In this document: one piece after another, positions 7,814 through 19,013 of the stretch
Layout of the letters: every line of letters begins with the position of its first letter
Numbering within the stretch: the stretch's first letter is position 1
Notes under the pieces: generated by a model
Databases searched by the model: none
What the model was told of the DNA's origin: nothing
What the model saw: the letters and a program-made list of their open reading frames with translations, nothing else
Made by a program: the position numbers and the translations under genes
Assembly: GCA_013203475.1 (NCBI GenBank)
Contig: JABMNV010000106.1
Coordinates: 1 to 59,957 of the forward strand
Length of the DNA: 59,957 nt
Direction of reading: 5' to 3'
From: Acidobacteriota bacterium
GTDB taxonomy: Bacteria; Acidobacteriota; Vicinamibacteria; Vicinamibacterales; SCN-69-37

Positions 7814-9781
7814 ATGCGGTCACTCATGACGCGGCGGGGTGGCCTCATCGCGACCGCAACGTACCTGGTCCTGGCGGTTGTCATGACCTGGCCTCTGGCG
7901 CGCGTGATCGATCATGAGATCGCGTCCGACCTTGGCGATCCGGTCTTCAACGCATGGGTCCTGCTCTGGACGGGCGGACAACTGATGGCGTTTCTGGGTG
8001 GAGACGTCACGGCGCTGAGCCGCTACTGGCATGGCAATATTTTCTTTCCCGAGCCATTAACCATCGCCTACTCAGAACATCTTGCCCCTCAGATGTTGCA
8101 AGCGCTTCCCATCCTCGCGGCCACCGACAACGTCGTGCTCGCCTATAACCTCCTGTTCCTGTCAACGTTCGTATTGTCAGGACTCGGCATGTTCCTGCTT
8201 GTGAGAGACATTACGGGAAGACCTGTGGCAGCGCTGGTCGCCGGCATCGCATTTGCCTTCGCACCGTACCGCTTTGCGCAACTCTCGCATCTGCAGGTGC
8301 TGTCGGCACAGTGGATGCCGTTTGTGTTGTACGGATTTCGACGTTTTCTTGAAACGAAGCGCCGACGCGCTCTGGTTGGGGGCTCGGCAGCCCTGGTAGC
8401 GCAGAACCTGTCGTGCGGCTACTACCTGCTGTTCTTTGCGCCCTTCGCGGGCGCGTATGTGCTTTACGAACTGGCTGTCAGACGCCGACTGAAGGATTGG
8501 GCCACGTGGCGTGCGTTCGGTCTCGCTGCGGTCGTCGTGGTCCTTGTCACGCTGCCGTTTCTGTTGCCGTATCTCGAGGTGAGAAATACGGGTGTGGGGG
8601 TGAGGCCGCTCGGTGAGATTCAGAGGTTCTCGGCAGACACGCACGCCTTCGTTACGCCGCCGCGGGTGAGTCTATTCTTGGGCGAACGACTCGCTGGGTT
8701 TGACAAGGGCGAGGGGGCAGCGTTCCCGGGCGCGGCGATTCTTTTGCTGGCGTCAGTGGGAATCCTAGTCGGTCTGTGTGAACGATACAGTCCGGCTCGC
8801 GTGCCGGCGTCACTTTCGCCCTGGCGCCAGGTGGTCGGTGGCGCTCTTCTGGTGCTGCTGGTCGCCCACCTCTACGCATCGACGACCCTGCTGGCGACGG
8901 GCAAGCTTTGGGTGCCATTTGGCCAGAGCTGGACCCTGTACCTCCGCGCGGGCCCGACGTTGCTGTGGACGTTGGTGCTGGCGCTGAGTTGGGACGTGGT
9001 CATGCGACGAACTCGCGAGGCGCGCACGCCGTGGCGGTTTTACACGGTCGCGGCGTTGGTCGCCGCATCGCTTGCCCTGGGACCCCAGATCGCCGTCGAG
9101 GGCCGGCTAATTTCACCAGGACCCTACGCCTGGCTCCTTGACTACCTCCCGGGTTTTGACGGTCTACGTGTCCCTGCGCGATACGTGATGCTCGTCACCC
9201 TGTTCCTGGCGGTACTGGCGGGAATTGGTGCGTCAGCCCTCATCGGACGCGCGCGCCGCTGGGGCACCATCTGCGCCATCGCAGCGGCGGTTTTCATGCT
9301 TGTCGAGGTCTGGCCTGGGCGGTTTCCAACAAACGTACCGCTCACCCAAAGCGATGAAGACAGCGAACGCGGTCTTGAAGTCGCGGCGGGCGAGCTCAGA
9401 GTGGGACGTGACATTCCGCCCATCTACAAGGTCATTCGTGACTCTCCAGGCACAGTCGTGCTCATCGAATTCCCATTTGGTGATCCCGCCTGGGACCTGC
9501 ACTCGGTCTTTTACGCCGGCTACCACCGGCAGAAGCTGGTCAACGGCTTCTCCGGGTTCTTTCCTGACTCGCAGCAGCACCTGATCGAGATGTTGAACTG
9601 GCGAACACGCGAACCAGAAACCGCGTGGCGCGCAGTGTCGGGCTCCGGGGCGACGCATGCACTGGTCCACGAAGCGGCGTTTTCAGACAGTCGGGGCCGT
9701 GACCTGATCGACTGGCTGTTCGCCTCGGGCGCCCGAGAGATATTAGTGGACGGAACCGACCACCTCTTTACGCTGCGCTGA
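7814..9781 (+). CDS. Polytopic membrane protein, probable GT-C (YfhO-like) glycosyltransferase
   Basis: Many TM segments; DLGDP, FFPEP..AYSEH, HLQ, GLRVPARY and VNGFSG motifs; follows the GT2 gene. Confidence 0.6.
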   Translation: MRSLMTRRGGLIATATYLVLAVVMTWPLARVIDHEIASDLGDPVFNAWVLLWTGGQLMAFLGGDVTALSRYWHGNIFFPEPLTIAYSEHLAPQMLQALPILAATDNVVLAYNLLFLSTFVLSGLGMFLLVRDITGRPVAALVAGIAFAFAPYRFAQLSHLQVLSAQWMPFVLYGFRRFLETKRRRALVGGSAALVAQNLSCGYYLLFFAPFAGAYVLYELAVRRRLKDWATWRAFGLAAVVVVLVTLPFLLPYLEVRNTGVGVRPLGEIQRFSADTHAFVTPPRVSLFLGERLAGFDKGEGAAFPGAAILLLASVGILVGLCERYSPARVPASLSPWRQVVGGALLVLLVAHLYASTTLLATGKLWVPFGQSWTLYLRAGPTLLWTLVLALSWDVVMRRTREARTPWRFYTVAALVAASLALGPQIAVEGRLISPGPYAWLLDYLPGFDGLRVPARYVMLVTLFLAVLAGIGASALIGRARRWGTICAIAAAVFMLVEVWPGRFPTNVPLTQSDEDSERGLEVAAGELRVGRDIPPIYKVIRDSPGTVVLIEFPFGDPAWDLHSVFYAGYHRQKLVNGFSGFFPDSQQHLIEMLNWRTREPETAWRAVSGSGATHALVHEAAFSDSRGRDLIDWLFASGAREILVDGTDHLFTLR

Positions 9782-9799
9782 CGGCCATATACTGGGTCT

Positions 9800-10980
<1,181 letters not shown>

Positions 10981-10981
<1 letters not shown>

Positions 10982-12144
10982 TGGTAGAAAAGCCCGATCC
11001 TCCGAAGAGGTTCTTCGACGAATACACGCGCGGGTTTGACCGCACGGAGTTTCAGCGGCTTTTCACGCGTGATACGGCTGATGCGTACCGCTATTTTTCG
11101 CGTGGCCTTGATCTCAACGCACTCGCTTTGGCCCCCTGGTACAAGCGGTGGCCCACTCACGCGCGGCTCTTTTTCATCGCGTTCGCCATGCGTCTGTCGC
11201 CGGCACGACGGGTCTTATACGCCTTCGCGTTGATCTCGGCCGTGATCGGGCTGGTGCAGTTGTTCGACGGCTTCAGCACGGTACGGTTCTTCCTGTTCCC
11301 GTTCACGCTGGAGCTCTACCTGCCCGCGTGGGTGGAAGGCACCTCATGGATGGTGCTCGCGTTTTTCGCTATCCACCTGCTGGTCTTGATGGAGGTAGCC
11401 GATCGCCTGTCGCTCAAAGGCGAACTGGAAGTCGCGCGAGACATTCAGCTTGCCATGTTGCCGTTTGGATTGAAGGAGGCAGGAGACGCGCGGGTCTTCG
11501 GTACGACGCGGCCTGCCAACACGGTCGGCGGCGACTTCTACGACATCCTGCCACTCGAAGACGGGCGACTCCTGGTCGCTTTGGGCGATGTCGCCGACAA
11601 GGGGAGCCCGGCGGCCCTGCTGATGGCCCTCTTACTCGCCATGCTTCGAACGTTAGTGGACGAGGGTCTGGAGTCGACCCGGCTGATCGCCAGGCTCAAT
11701 GTCCAGATTTGCAAGCACAGTCCTGGCTCCCGGTTCATCACGTTCTTCTACGGGTTGTATAACCCGGCCGACGGTTCGTTGGAATACGTCAACGCGGGAC
11801 ACCTGCCTCCGATGGTCAGGCGCACAACGGGGGAAATTGAACGTCTGGAGGGAGGGGGGATGGCCCTCGGGATGTTTGAGAACGCAACCTATGAATCACG
11901 TCGCGCCACTGTCGGCATCGGTGACGCGCTGGTGTTATACACCGACGGAATCACCGAGGCGGAGGACCGCAATGGCGTGGCATTTGAGGACGAGGCGCTT
12001 GAAGCGGTGCTCAGGGACCGACAGGCTGAATCAGATCCCGAGGTGTTGGCGCGCGCCATCATTTCGGCTGTGGAGTCCCATGCGGGCGATCTGCGTTTGG
12101 CAGACGACCTGACGGTCGCGATCTTGACGCGAACCAATAGCTAG
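10981..12144 (+). CDS. Membrane-anchored PP2C (SpoIIE/RsbU-type) phosphatase
   Basis: AR-IQ, VGGDFYD, GDVADKG, NAGH, YTDGITEA and DDLT motifs; TGATG overlap with kbl. Confidence 0.9.
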
Positions 12145-12153
12145 GAGGCTGGC

Positions 12154-14868
12154 GTGTTGACCCGACCCCTTCCATTGCTCGGCATGGTCGCGATGGTCGT
12201 GATGCTTGCCTCTCAGGCCGCACAGGAGCCACAGGTGCGGCCGATGCAGGCCGACGGAGTGCTTCGGCTCCTGACTGACCTCGAGGGAGCGCTATCGACG
12301 AACAACGTGGACGAGCTCGTCAGGCTGGCGTCGACCAGCTTGCCCACGGCCGAGTTCAAGACGTTCGTCCAGTCGTCGTTTGGCGAAGGGCAAGACACCG
12401 CCGCCGTCCGGGAACGTGACCGCCGGCCCGTGGGCGCTGGATTCAGGGTGCTCGTGGAGATGCTGATCGGCCGCGGCGGTGTTGGCAAGATCGGCACGTG
12501 GCAACTGCTCGTGCTGCCAAGACTCGTCCAGCCAGGCGATGACCAAGCCGGTCGTTTCGAACTGGCCGGGATGGCGCCGGTCGCGTCGATTGACGGCTTG
12601 GTCCAGCTCACCCTGGACACCACACAGCAGTACGCCGCGCGCGATTTGGTCTTCACCGGACCAGGGCTGACCGTCCGGATGTCTTCGGGGTCCGTGTTCC
12701 TGGCACGCGTTGAGGCGGGGGCTACCGCGCTGGTCTTCCGAGGCAAGGGCGTCATGCTCTTTGCGCCCGACGATCCGGCCGAGCAGGTGCAGGTGCGTGC
12801 CGTGAGCGGCAAGCCCGCCCTCGAGACCGATCTCAAGTCGGCCTTCATCCGGATCAATCCGGGCGACTTCGACAACCACCTGACGGCGTCGCGGTTGGTG
12901 CCGGTGGTGACAAATCAGGACGATCTCAGGCGCGCCGGCGAGTTATTCGAAGAGTTCAGCCAGAAGAGCTACGCGTTGAATCTTGGCGACCTGACCACCG
13001 AGCGCTGGTCACTATTGCCACCAGTCGGCGACCTGCTCGCAGAGCTTCATACCGACGACTTCGAGACCCTCACCTACGTCCGGGCCAAAGACGATGCGGA
13101 GGACGTGTCGCTGTTTGATCGCGAGAAGGGCCACAACATCTCCGTCTACGCTTCGGCGGAGCGCCTCACGTCGCGAGGTCGGTACTACAACGAGGATGAC
13201 GCCGCGGCGTATGACGTGGAGCACTACGACGTCGATGTTCGAATCGATCCGGAACGCGAATGGATCAGCGGCAGCGGATCGCTGCGTCTCAAGACGAAAC
13301 AGGATGGACTGACCACGCTCTCGCTCAGGCTGGCCCAGTCCTTGACGGTCTCGTCTGTCTCATCACCGCAGTACGGGCGCCTGCTGGCCTTGCGCGTGGC
13401 CGGTCGAAGCAGCGTGCTCGTCAGTCTCCCGGCCGCGGTCCCTGCAGGCACGGAGTTGATCATCGAGATGGCCTACAGCGGTCGGGTCCCCGCACAAATC
13501 ATCGGCAACGAGGCTCTTCTAGTGGGTGCCGACTCTCAGCAAACCAGGCCGTATGCGCCTGAGCGCACAGTCCTGCCTGAACCGCGGTACCTCTACAGCA
13601 ATCGTTCGCACTGGTATCCGCAGGCGTCGGTCACCGACTTTGCCACCGCGTCCCTCAAGATTACGGTGCCCGCGCAATTCCAGGTCGTGGCCTCCGGCAG
13701 TCTCCTGAGTTCTGTTGTGACGCCAACGGTTGAGGAGCCGACGGACAAGGGGGACAGTCACGCCGAACGTGCCGTCAGCTTCTCGGCAGATCGTCCCCTG
13801 CGCTACGTCGCCTGTGTCATTTCGCGTTTTGTCTCCGTGGGCCAGGCACAGGCGACTGTCGCGGCGCTCGCGCCAGCGTCTCCGGGTGTCGGCGACGGCA
13901 GCCCCGGTACCGTCAACATTGATGTTGTGGCGACACCCCGACTGCGGCGTTCCAACGGGGAGCTGCCTGAACGCACGGCAGAGATCGTGGAGTTCTTCGC
14001 CTCACAAATCGGTGAGGCTCCGTATCCAGACTTTACGTTGGCGACCATGGACGACGAGCTGCCAAGCGGTCACAGCCCAGCCTACTTCGCCATCTGGAAC
14101 CAGCCAGTCCTGCCGACAAATCTCACGTGGCGCGACGACCCGGTCTCGCTCGCCGGACACCCGTTCTTTTTCTTGGCACACGAGGTGGCTCATCAATGGT
14201 GGGGACAGGCCATTGGCTGGAAGAACTACCACGAACAGTGGCTGAGCGAAGGGCTCGCCCAGTACTTCGCGGCCCTGTACGCCGGCCACGACCGTGGTCC
14301 GGAGACCGAGCGACGCATGTTCCTCCAGATGCGCGGGTCGGCCCAGGACCTGTCGAAGTACGGCCCCGTCCACCTGGGGTACCGGCTCGGACACGTCCAG
14401 GGCGACGCGCGAATCTTCCGAGGGCTGGTCTACAACAAAGCTGCGGTGGTCCTCCATATGCTCCGCCGGTTCATCGGCGAAGACGTGTTTGCCAAGGGTA
14501 TCCGCCGATTCTATCGGGATAATCGATTCCAGAAGGCGGGCACCGGCGACCTCAGGCAGGCACTCGAGGCAGAGTCCGGCCAGCCGCTGGAGCGGTTTTT
14601 AGAGCGCTGGATTCACGGATTCACACTGCCGGAGCTCAAGCTCTCGTGGCGAATGGCCGACGCCACGCACGTGACCGTTCGGGTGGAACAGCTCGGGGAC
14701 ACGTTTGACCTGCCGCTGACGGTCACCCTTCGACTGGACGGTGGCCAGCAGGAGCAGGTCACCCTGTTGATCACGACCAAGGTTCATGAGACCACGATTC
14801 CAGTGGAGGGCGTGGTTCAGCGCGTGGACACCAGGGACGACATGAGTCTGGTCACGATTCGAAGGTAA
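12154..14868 (+). CDS. Secreted M1-family zinc aminopeptidase
   Basis: Signal peptide; HEVAHQWWG...WLSEG (HExxH-18x-E) and YNKA motifs. Confidence 0.85.
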   Translation: MLTRPLPLLGMVAMVVMLASQAAQEPQVRPMQADGVLRLLTDLEGALSTNNVDELVRLASTSLPTAEFKTFVQSSFGEGQDTAAVRERDRRPVGAGFRVLVEMLIGRGGVGKIGTWQLLVLPRLVQPGDDQAGRFELAGMAPVASIDGLVQLTLDTTQQYAARDLVFTGPGLTVRMSSGSVFLARVEAGATALVFRGKGVMLFAPDDPAEQVQVRAVSGKPALETDLKSAFIRINPGDFDNHLTASRLVPVVTNQDDLRRAGELFEEFSQKSYALNLGDLTTERWSLLPPVGDLLAELHTDDFETLTYVRAKDDAEDVSLFDREKGHNISVYASAERLTSRGRYYNEDDAAAYDVEHYDVDVRIDPEREWISGSGSLRLKTKQDGLTTLSLRLAQSLTVSSVSSPQYGRLLALRVAGRSSVLVSLPAAVPAGTELIIEMAYSGRVPAQIIGNEALLVGADSQQTRPYAPERTVLPEPRYLYSNRSHWYPQASVTDFATASLKITVPAQFQVVASGSLLSSVVTPTVEEPTDKGDSHAERAVSFSADRPLRYVACVISRFVSVGQAQATVAALAPASPGVGDGSPGTVNIDVVATPRLRRSNGELPERTAEIVEFFASQIGEAPYPDFTLATMDDELPSGHSPAYFAIWNQPVLPTNLTWRDDPVSLAGHPFFFLAHEVAHQWWGQAIGWKNYHEQWLSEGLAQYFAALYAGHDRGPETERRMFLQMRGSAQDLSKYGPVHLGYRLGHVQGDARIFRGLVYNKAAVVLHMLRRFIGEDVFAKGIRRFYRDNRFQKAGTGDLRQALEAESGQPLERFLERWIHGFTLPELKLSWRMADATHVTVRVEQLGDTFDLPLTVTLRLDGGQQEQVTLLITTKVHETTIPVEGVVQRVDTRDDMSLVTIRR

Positions 14869-14886
14869 AGGTAGAATTCAAAGGTT

Positions 14887-16656
14887 ATGGAAACGGTCAC
14901 GCTGACGATTGACGGTACCCCGGTCACAGTTGAAAAGGGCACGACGGTTCTGGCGGCGGCGCTCAGGAGTGGCAGCCCGGTGCCGTATTACTGCTACCAC
15001 CCTGGTTTGACGGTCGACGGCTCCTGTCGAGTCTGCATCGTCAAGATCGAGAAGATGGCCAAGCTGCAGACGTCGTGTTCCTCGGTCTGCGCCGACGGCA
15101 TGGTGGTGAGCACGAACACGCCTGACGTCGAGGCCGCGCGGGCCTCGGTTCTTGAGTTTCTGCTGGTGAACCATCCGCTCGACTGCCCTGTCTGTGACAA
15201 AGGCGGTGAGTGCCCACTGCAGGACTATTCCTATGAGCACGGCCCCGAGCGCAGTCGGATGGACTTCCCCCGCCGCGTGTTCGACGGCGAGGGCGTCAAG
15301 GCCGACGTCGACTTTGGACCCACGCTCATGCTCAACCGCAACCGCTGCATCATGTGCACCCGGTGCGTGCGGTTCATGGCAGAGGTCGATGGCGACGCCC
15401 AAATTGGCGTGGCCCAGCGGGGCATACACAGTGAAATTGCCACATTCGATGAGCAGGGCGTCATGTCACTGCTCTCGGGCAACCTCATGGACGTGTGCCC
15501 AGTCGGTGCCATCACGACCAGAGATTATCGATTCAAGTCGCGCCCCTGGGACAACCCGACGGCCGTCGACTCGATTTGCACCGGCTGCGCGAAGGGGTGC
15601 AACACCACCTCGTGGATCAAGGCGAAGCCTGAGTGGGCCAAAGGCGCGCAACTGGTGCGCATGACGCCGCGACAGAACGCCGAAATCAACCAATATTGGA
15701 TGTGCGACATCGGCCGGTTCGACTATCACTGGGTCGAAGGCGACCGACGCCTCTTGCAGCCGCATGTGCGTACGGCGAATGGGTTTGATGCCACACCCTG
15801 GGACGACGCACTGACTGCCGTCAAGGGTGCGGTTGACGCGGCGGGTGCAGCGCAGACACGCATCCTCGCGTCCGGCCACCTGTCACTTGAGGAACTGCAC
15901 GTTCTGAGGCAGTTTGGGGGGCTCACGGGCGGTGTGACCTTCAGTTGGCGATACCGCGAGAAGCCGCAGTCGATGAACACGAAATTCAGAATTCCGGCCG
16001 TGGACGCGCCGAACCTGCGGGGTGTCCGGGACCTCGGGTTCAAAGTCGCGCCCGTTGACGGGCCCGCGGACGTCACGGGGCTGCGCGCAGCCGTTGACAC
16101 CGGTGCGGTGAAGTTGCTCTACGTGATTGACACCGGCCCGGACGGGTCGCTCGGCGACACCGAATGGATTCTTGCGGCGCGTCAGGCCGGCAAGATCTCG
16201 ACCCTCATCGTGCAAGGTGTGCTCAAAACCGAATTGGCCGAAGCCGCGGACATCGTGCTTCCGGGTTGCGCGTCTGTGGAAAAGGACGCGACCTTCACCA
16301 ACATGACCGGCCACGTTCAGGCGTCATCGCGCGTCATTATGCCGCCGGGAGATGCGGTCGAAGACTGGCAGATTCTCTCGAAGGTGGCCCTCGCGCTGGG
16401 CGGCGCTGTCGCGGAAGGATCGGCAAGCGCGATTCGCCAGGCGATTGCTGCCGAACTGGCAAACGTGCCCGGATACGCGGCGCTGGCCGACGTGGTCTTT
16501 TCGCGGCCCGTCGCGGCGAGGCAGTACCTTGAAGCGTCCAATGAATCTGCGCGCGGCAAGTGGGAAGAAATGTTTCTGGCGCCAGTCAAGTTCGGGGACG
16601 ACTTCGGGCCACTGCCCCGTGCTGATGTCTTTCCCCTGCGCCAAGTCGATAGCTAG
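14887..16656 (+). CDS. nuoG: NADH-quinone oxidoreductase subunit G-like Fe-S protein
   Basis: CYHP..CRVC..TSC, HPLDCPVCDKGGECPLQ, RCIMCTRC, CPVGA and CTGCAKGC...C cluster motifs. Confidence 0.85.
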   Translation: METVTLTIDGTPVTVEKGTTVLAAALRSGSPVPYYCYHPGLTVDGSCRVCIVKIEKMAKLQTSCSSVCADGMVVSTNTPDVEAARASVLEFLLVNHPLDCPVCDKGGECPLQDYSYEHGPERSRMDFPRRVFDGEGVKADVDFGPTLMLNRNRCIMCTRCVRFMAEVDGDAQIGVAQRGIHSEIATFDEQGVMSLLSGNLMDVCPVGAITTRDYRFKSRPWDNPTAVDSICTGCAKGCNTTSWIKAKPEWAKGAQLVRMTPRQNAEINQYWMCDIGRFDYHWVEGDRRLLQPHVRTANGFDATPWDDALTAVKGAVDAAGAAQTRILASGHLSLEELHVLRQFGGLTGGVTFSWRYREKPQSMNTKFRIPAVDAPNLRGVRDLGFKVAPVDGPADVTGLRAAVDTGAVKLLYVIDTGPDGSLGDTEWILAARQAGKISTLIVQGVLKTELAEAADIVLPGCASVEKDATFTNMTGHVQASSRVIMPPGDAVEDWQILSKVALALGGAVAEGSASAIRQAIAAELANVPGYAALADVVFSRPVAARQYLEASNESARGKWEEMFLAPVKFGDDFGPLPRADVFPLRQVDS

Positions 16657-17573
16657 ACCCCTCTGCGAAATGGCGTTCGCACGAGCAACGCCTTGGGTCG
16701 AACGCTGATCTCCAGCGTCCCTGACGTCTCGAACACTTCCCCGTCGAGGTGACAGACCATCACGTCGCCCGTGATGGTGGCGCGACGTATCTGGGCTCGC
16801 TCCAGTCCGTGGGCTGGTTGCCGATGACGCACGAACAATCGACGAGCGCGCCAGATCTGTTGGAACGGGTGACCACCTTCTGCGAGCAGCAGATCGAGTA
16901 GTCCGTCATACGGATCGGCGTCGGGCGCCAAGACCGCACCGTTGCCGTACTCGGGTGCATTGGCGAAGGCAATCAGGAACCGGCGGCCCCGTCGCACCTG
17001 TGCCACCTCCAATGCTGGTGCCGGCCCGGACCAACTGACGACGTATGCGGGAGCGCGGTAGGTCCAGACCAATTGGAGGCCCTTAGTCACGTAGCCCAGG
17101 CCGCCGCGCTTGGAGCGAGTCGCAAACAGCTTTCCCACTTCGGCGTCAAAGCCAATACCGGCAATGTTCAGGAAGATCCGGTCGCCCGCATAACCCACAT
17201 CAATAGCGGTGGTGGCTGGCCCCAAGGCGACGTGCAAGGCTGACTCAGCGTCGATGGGCAGCTTCAGCCCTCTGGCGAGCCCATCCCCCGATCCGCACGG
17301 CAGAATGCCAAGCGCGACGGGTCGGCCCACCAGGGCCTGCGCCACCTCATTCACCGTGCCGTCGCCGCCCATGGCGATCACGGTGTCGCACCCGGTGTCG
17401 ACCAAGTGCTGCGCAAGATCGCGCGCGTGACCGCGCCGTTCGGTGACCAGCACCGTCGGCTCAACGCCGTTGATCGACGCGCACGAACGCGCAAACGCCA
17501 CGCGGCGATCGACTTCGCCTGGGCGGCTGCCGCCGCGGCCAGCGATAGGATTAATCACGATTCCGACAGGCAT
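16653..17573 (-). CDS. Diacylglycerol/lipid kinase family (YegS/DgkB)
   Basis: INPIAG, GGDGTVNEV, PCGSGDGLA, GIGFDA, YGNG and DGE motifs. Confidence 0.9.
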   Translation of the reverse strand: MPVGIVINPIAGRGGSRPGEVDRRVAFARSCASINGVEPTVLVTERRGHARDLAQHLVDTGCDTVIAMGGDGTVNEVAQALVGRPVALGILPCGSGDGLARGLKLPIDAESALHVALGPATTAIDVGYAGDRIFLNIAGIGFDAEVGKLFATRSKRGGLGYVTKGLQLVWTYRAPAYVVSWSGPAPALEVAQVRRGRRFLIAFANAPEYGNGAVLAPDADPYDGLLDLLLAEGGHPFQQIWRARRLFVRHRQPAHGLERAQIRRATITGDVMVCHLDGEVFETSGTLEISVRPKALLVRTPFRRGV

Positions 17574-17598
17574 AACGGCGGTGCTATAGTAGCGTCCA

Positions 17599-18783
17599 AT
17601 GCTGAACAAGCGTCGCTTTCTCATGCTGCTTTTGATTGCTTGTCTCGCCGTTGGTGGCACCCTCTTTCAAACCTATCAATTTGAACAGCGCGTCGATCGC
17701 GATCGCGCGGCGGAAGACGCAGTGGTTCAGCAATTGGATGCGACGGCCGACGCCCTGGCCGACGTTCGTTACGCACAAGCGGGGTATGTGGCCGTCGGCC
17801 AGGGCGCCGACTTCTGGATGGCCAGGTTTAACGAGGACCTGGCACGCGTCGAAGGAATGCTCCGCGAACGACAGCGAACCACGGTGTCGAGCGGCGCGCT
17901 GACTCACTACGACGCCGCGATTGAACAACTCGGCGCCTTGCGCAAGTCTGACGGCCGCGCCAGGAACTACGTCGACAATGGTCAGTTGATTCTGGCCTCC
18001 GATGTCATCTTTGTCGAAAGCGGTGAAATCATCGGCCAGATCGCCGGGAATGTCTCGGCCGCGCGTGACACAGAAAGTTTTGAGTCTCGGCGGGCGCTGG
18101 CGGACGTGACTCGTTATCGCCAGGCCGTTGGTGCGTCCGGGCTGGCATTCACACTCCTGGTGGGGATCATCCTTTACGCCAGGATCAAGGTCACTCCGAT
18201 TGAAGAACTGCCCCATGTGGTGGAAACAGCCGAAGATGCCGCGCAGCAAACGACTCCGACTAGCGTGGCAGCCCCAACCGAGGTCACCGGCGTCACCGGA
18301 GTCAAGGAAGCAGCCGATGTCTGTGTTGACTTGGCACGACTGCTCGACGGCCGCGACCTGCCGGTGCTCCTGAGTCGGGCCGCCGCGGCCATCGGAGCCA
18401 AGGGGCTGGTCTTGTGGGTCATCGACGAATCAGGCCAACACCTGCGGGCCTCAATGGCCCACGGGTATTCAGACCGAATGCTGTCGCGGCTGGGTCAGTT
18501 GCCGGTATCTGGTGACAACGCGACGGCGCTCGCCTGCCGGACGCTGCAGTCCCAGGTGGTGCCTGGCGCGTCGGATGAAGCCACTGGCGCGCTGGCCGTG
18601 CCACTCATTGGCGCCACTGGCTGCGTCGGTGTGTTGGCCGCAGAAATCGTGGGCACGGGCACCAGCAGGCACCAACTCCCGATTGCCAGACTGATTGCGG
18701 CCCAGCTCTCGGTGGTCATCCGCCCCGACGCCGCAACGTCCTCGTCGTCGTCTGAGTCCGTGGGCTCCGCCGCGGTCCAGTAG
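17599..18783 (+). CDS. Membrane protein: TM, helical periplasmic domain, TM, GAF-like domain
   Basis: Two hydrophobic segments; C-terminal LAVPLIGATGCVGVLAAE resembles a GAF strand motif; no output domain. Confidence 0.6.
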   Translation: MLNKRRFLMLLLIACLAVGGTLFQTYQFEQRVDRDRAAEDAVVQQLDATADALADVRYAQAGYVAVGQGADFWMARFNEDLARVEGMLRERQRTTVSSGALTHYDAAIEQLGALRKSDGRARNYVDNGQLILASDVIFVESGEIIGQIAGNVSAARDTESFESRRALADVTRYRQAVGASGLAFTLLVGIILYARIKVTPIEELPHVVETAEDAAQQTTPTSVAAPTEVTGVTGVKEAADVCVDLARLLDGRDLPVLLSRAAAAIGAKGLVLWVIDESGQHLRASMAHGYSDRMLSRLGQLPVSGDNATALACRTLQSQVVPGASDEATGALAVPLIGATGCVGVLAAEIVGTGTSRHQLPIARLIAAQLSVVIRPDAATSSSSSESVGSAAVQ

Positions 18784-18885
18784 GCGGTCCGCAGTGCCAC
18801 CGGCAGGCGGCACCGTCTGGCTCCAGACGTCACCCGATGCGTACAGTGTCAGCGCCTTTGCTGGCCCAAACACGGGATTCTAGTA

Positions 18886-18900
18886 CGGCACGCATCTTGA
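18886..18900 (+). promoter_or_regulatory. Putative sigma54 (-24/-12) promoter
   Basis: CGGCACGCATCTTGA versus consensus TGGCAC-N5-TTGC; GG-N10-GA spacing. Confidence 0.5.
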
Positions 18901-18914
18901 TTACTTAGGACATC

Positions 18915-19013
18915 GAAGTCGTTCGACGTCACACGGGGTGCGTCTCTCTCACGACAGGCAGGCGCTGGCATCGCAGCATCTCGTGGGTCTTTGGTTGACG
19001 CTCGAACGGCTTC
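18915..19013 (+). ncRNA. Candidate ~100-nt structured small RNA
   Basis: Stems GAAGUCGUUCGA/UCGAACGGCUUC, CGUCA/UGACG and CACGGGGUGC/GCAUCUCGUG. Three G-U pairs form only on the + strand. Confidence 0.55.

Noticed and set aside
18915-19013. SRP (4.5S) RNA, 6S RNA or tRNA-Sec identity
   Set aside because: No SRP domain IV GGAA/AGCAG motif, too short for 6S, and no cloverleaf or UCA anticodon arm.
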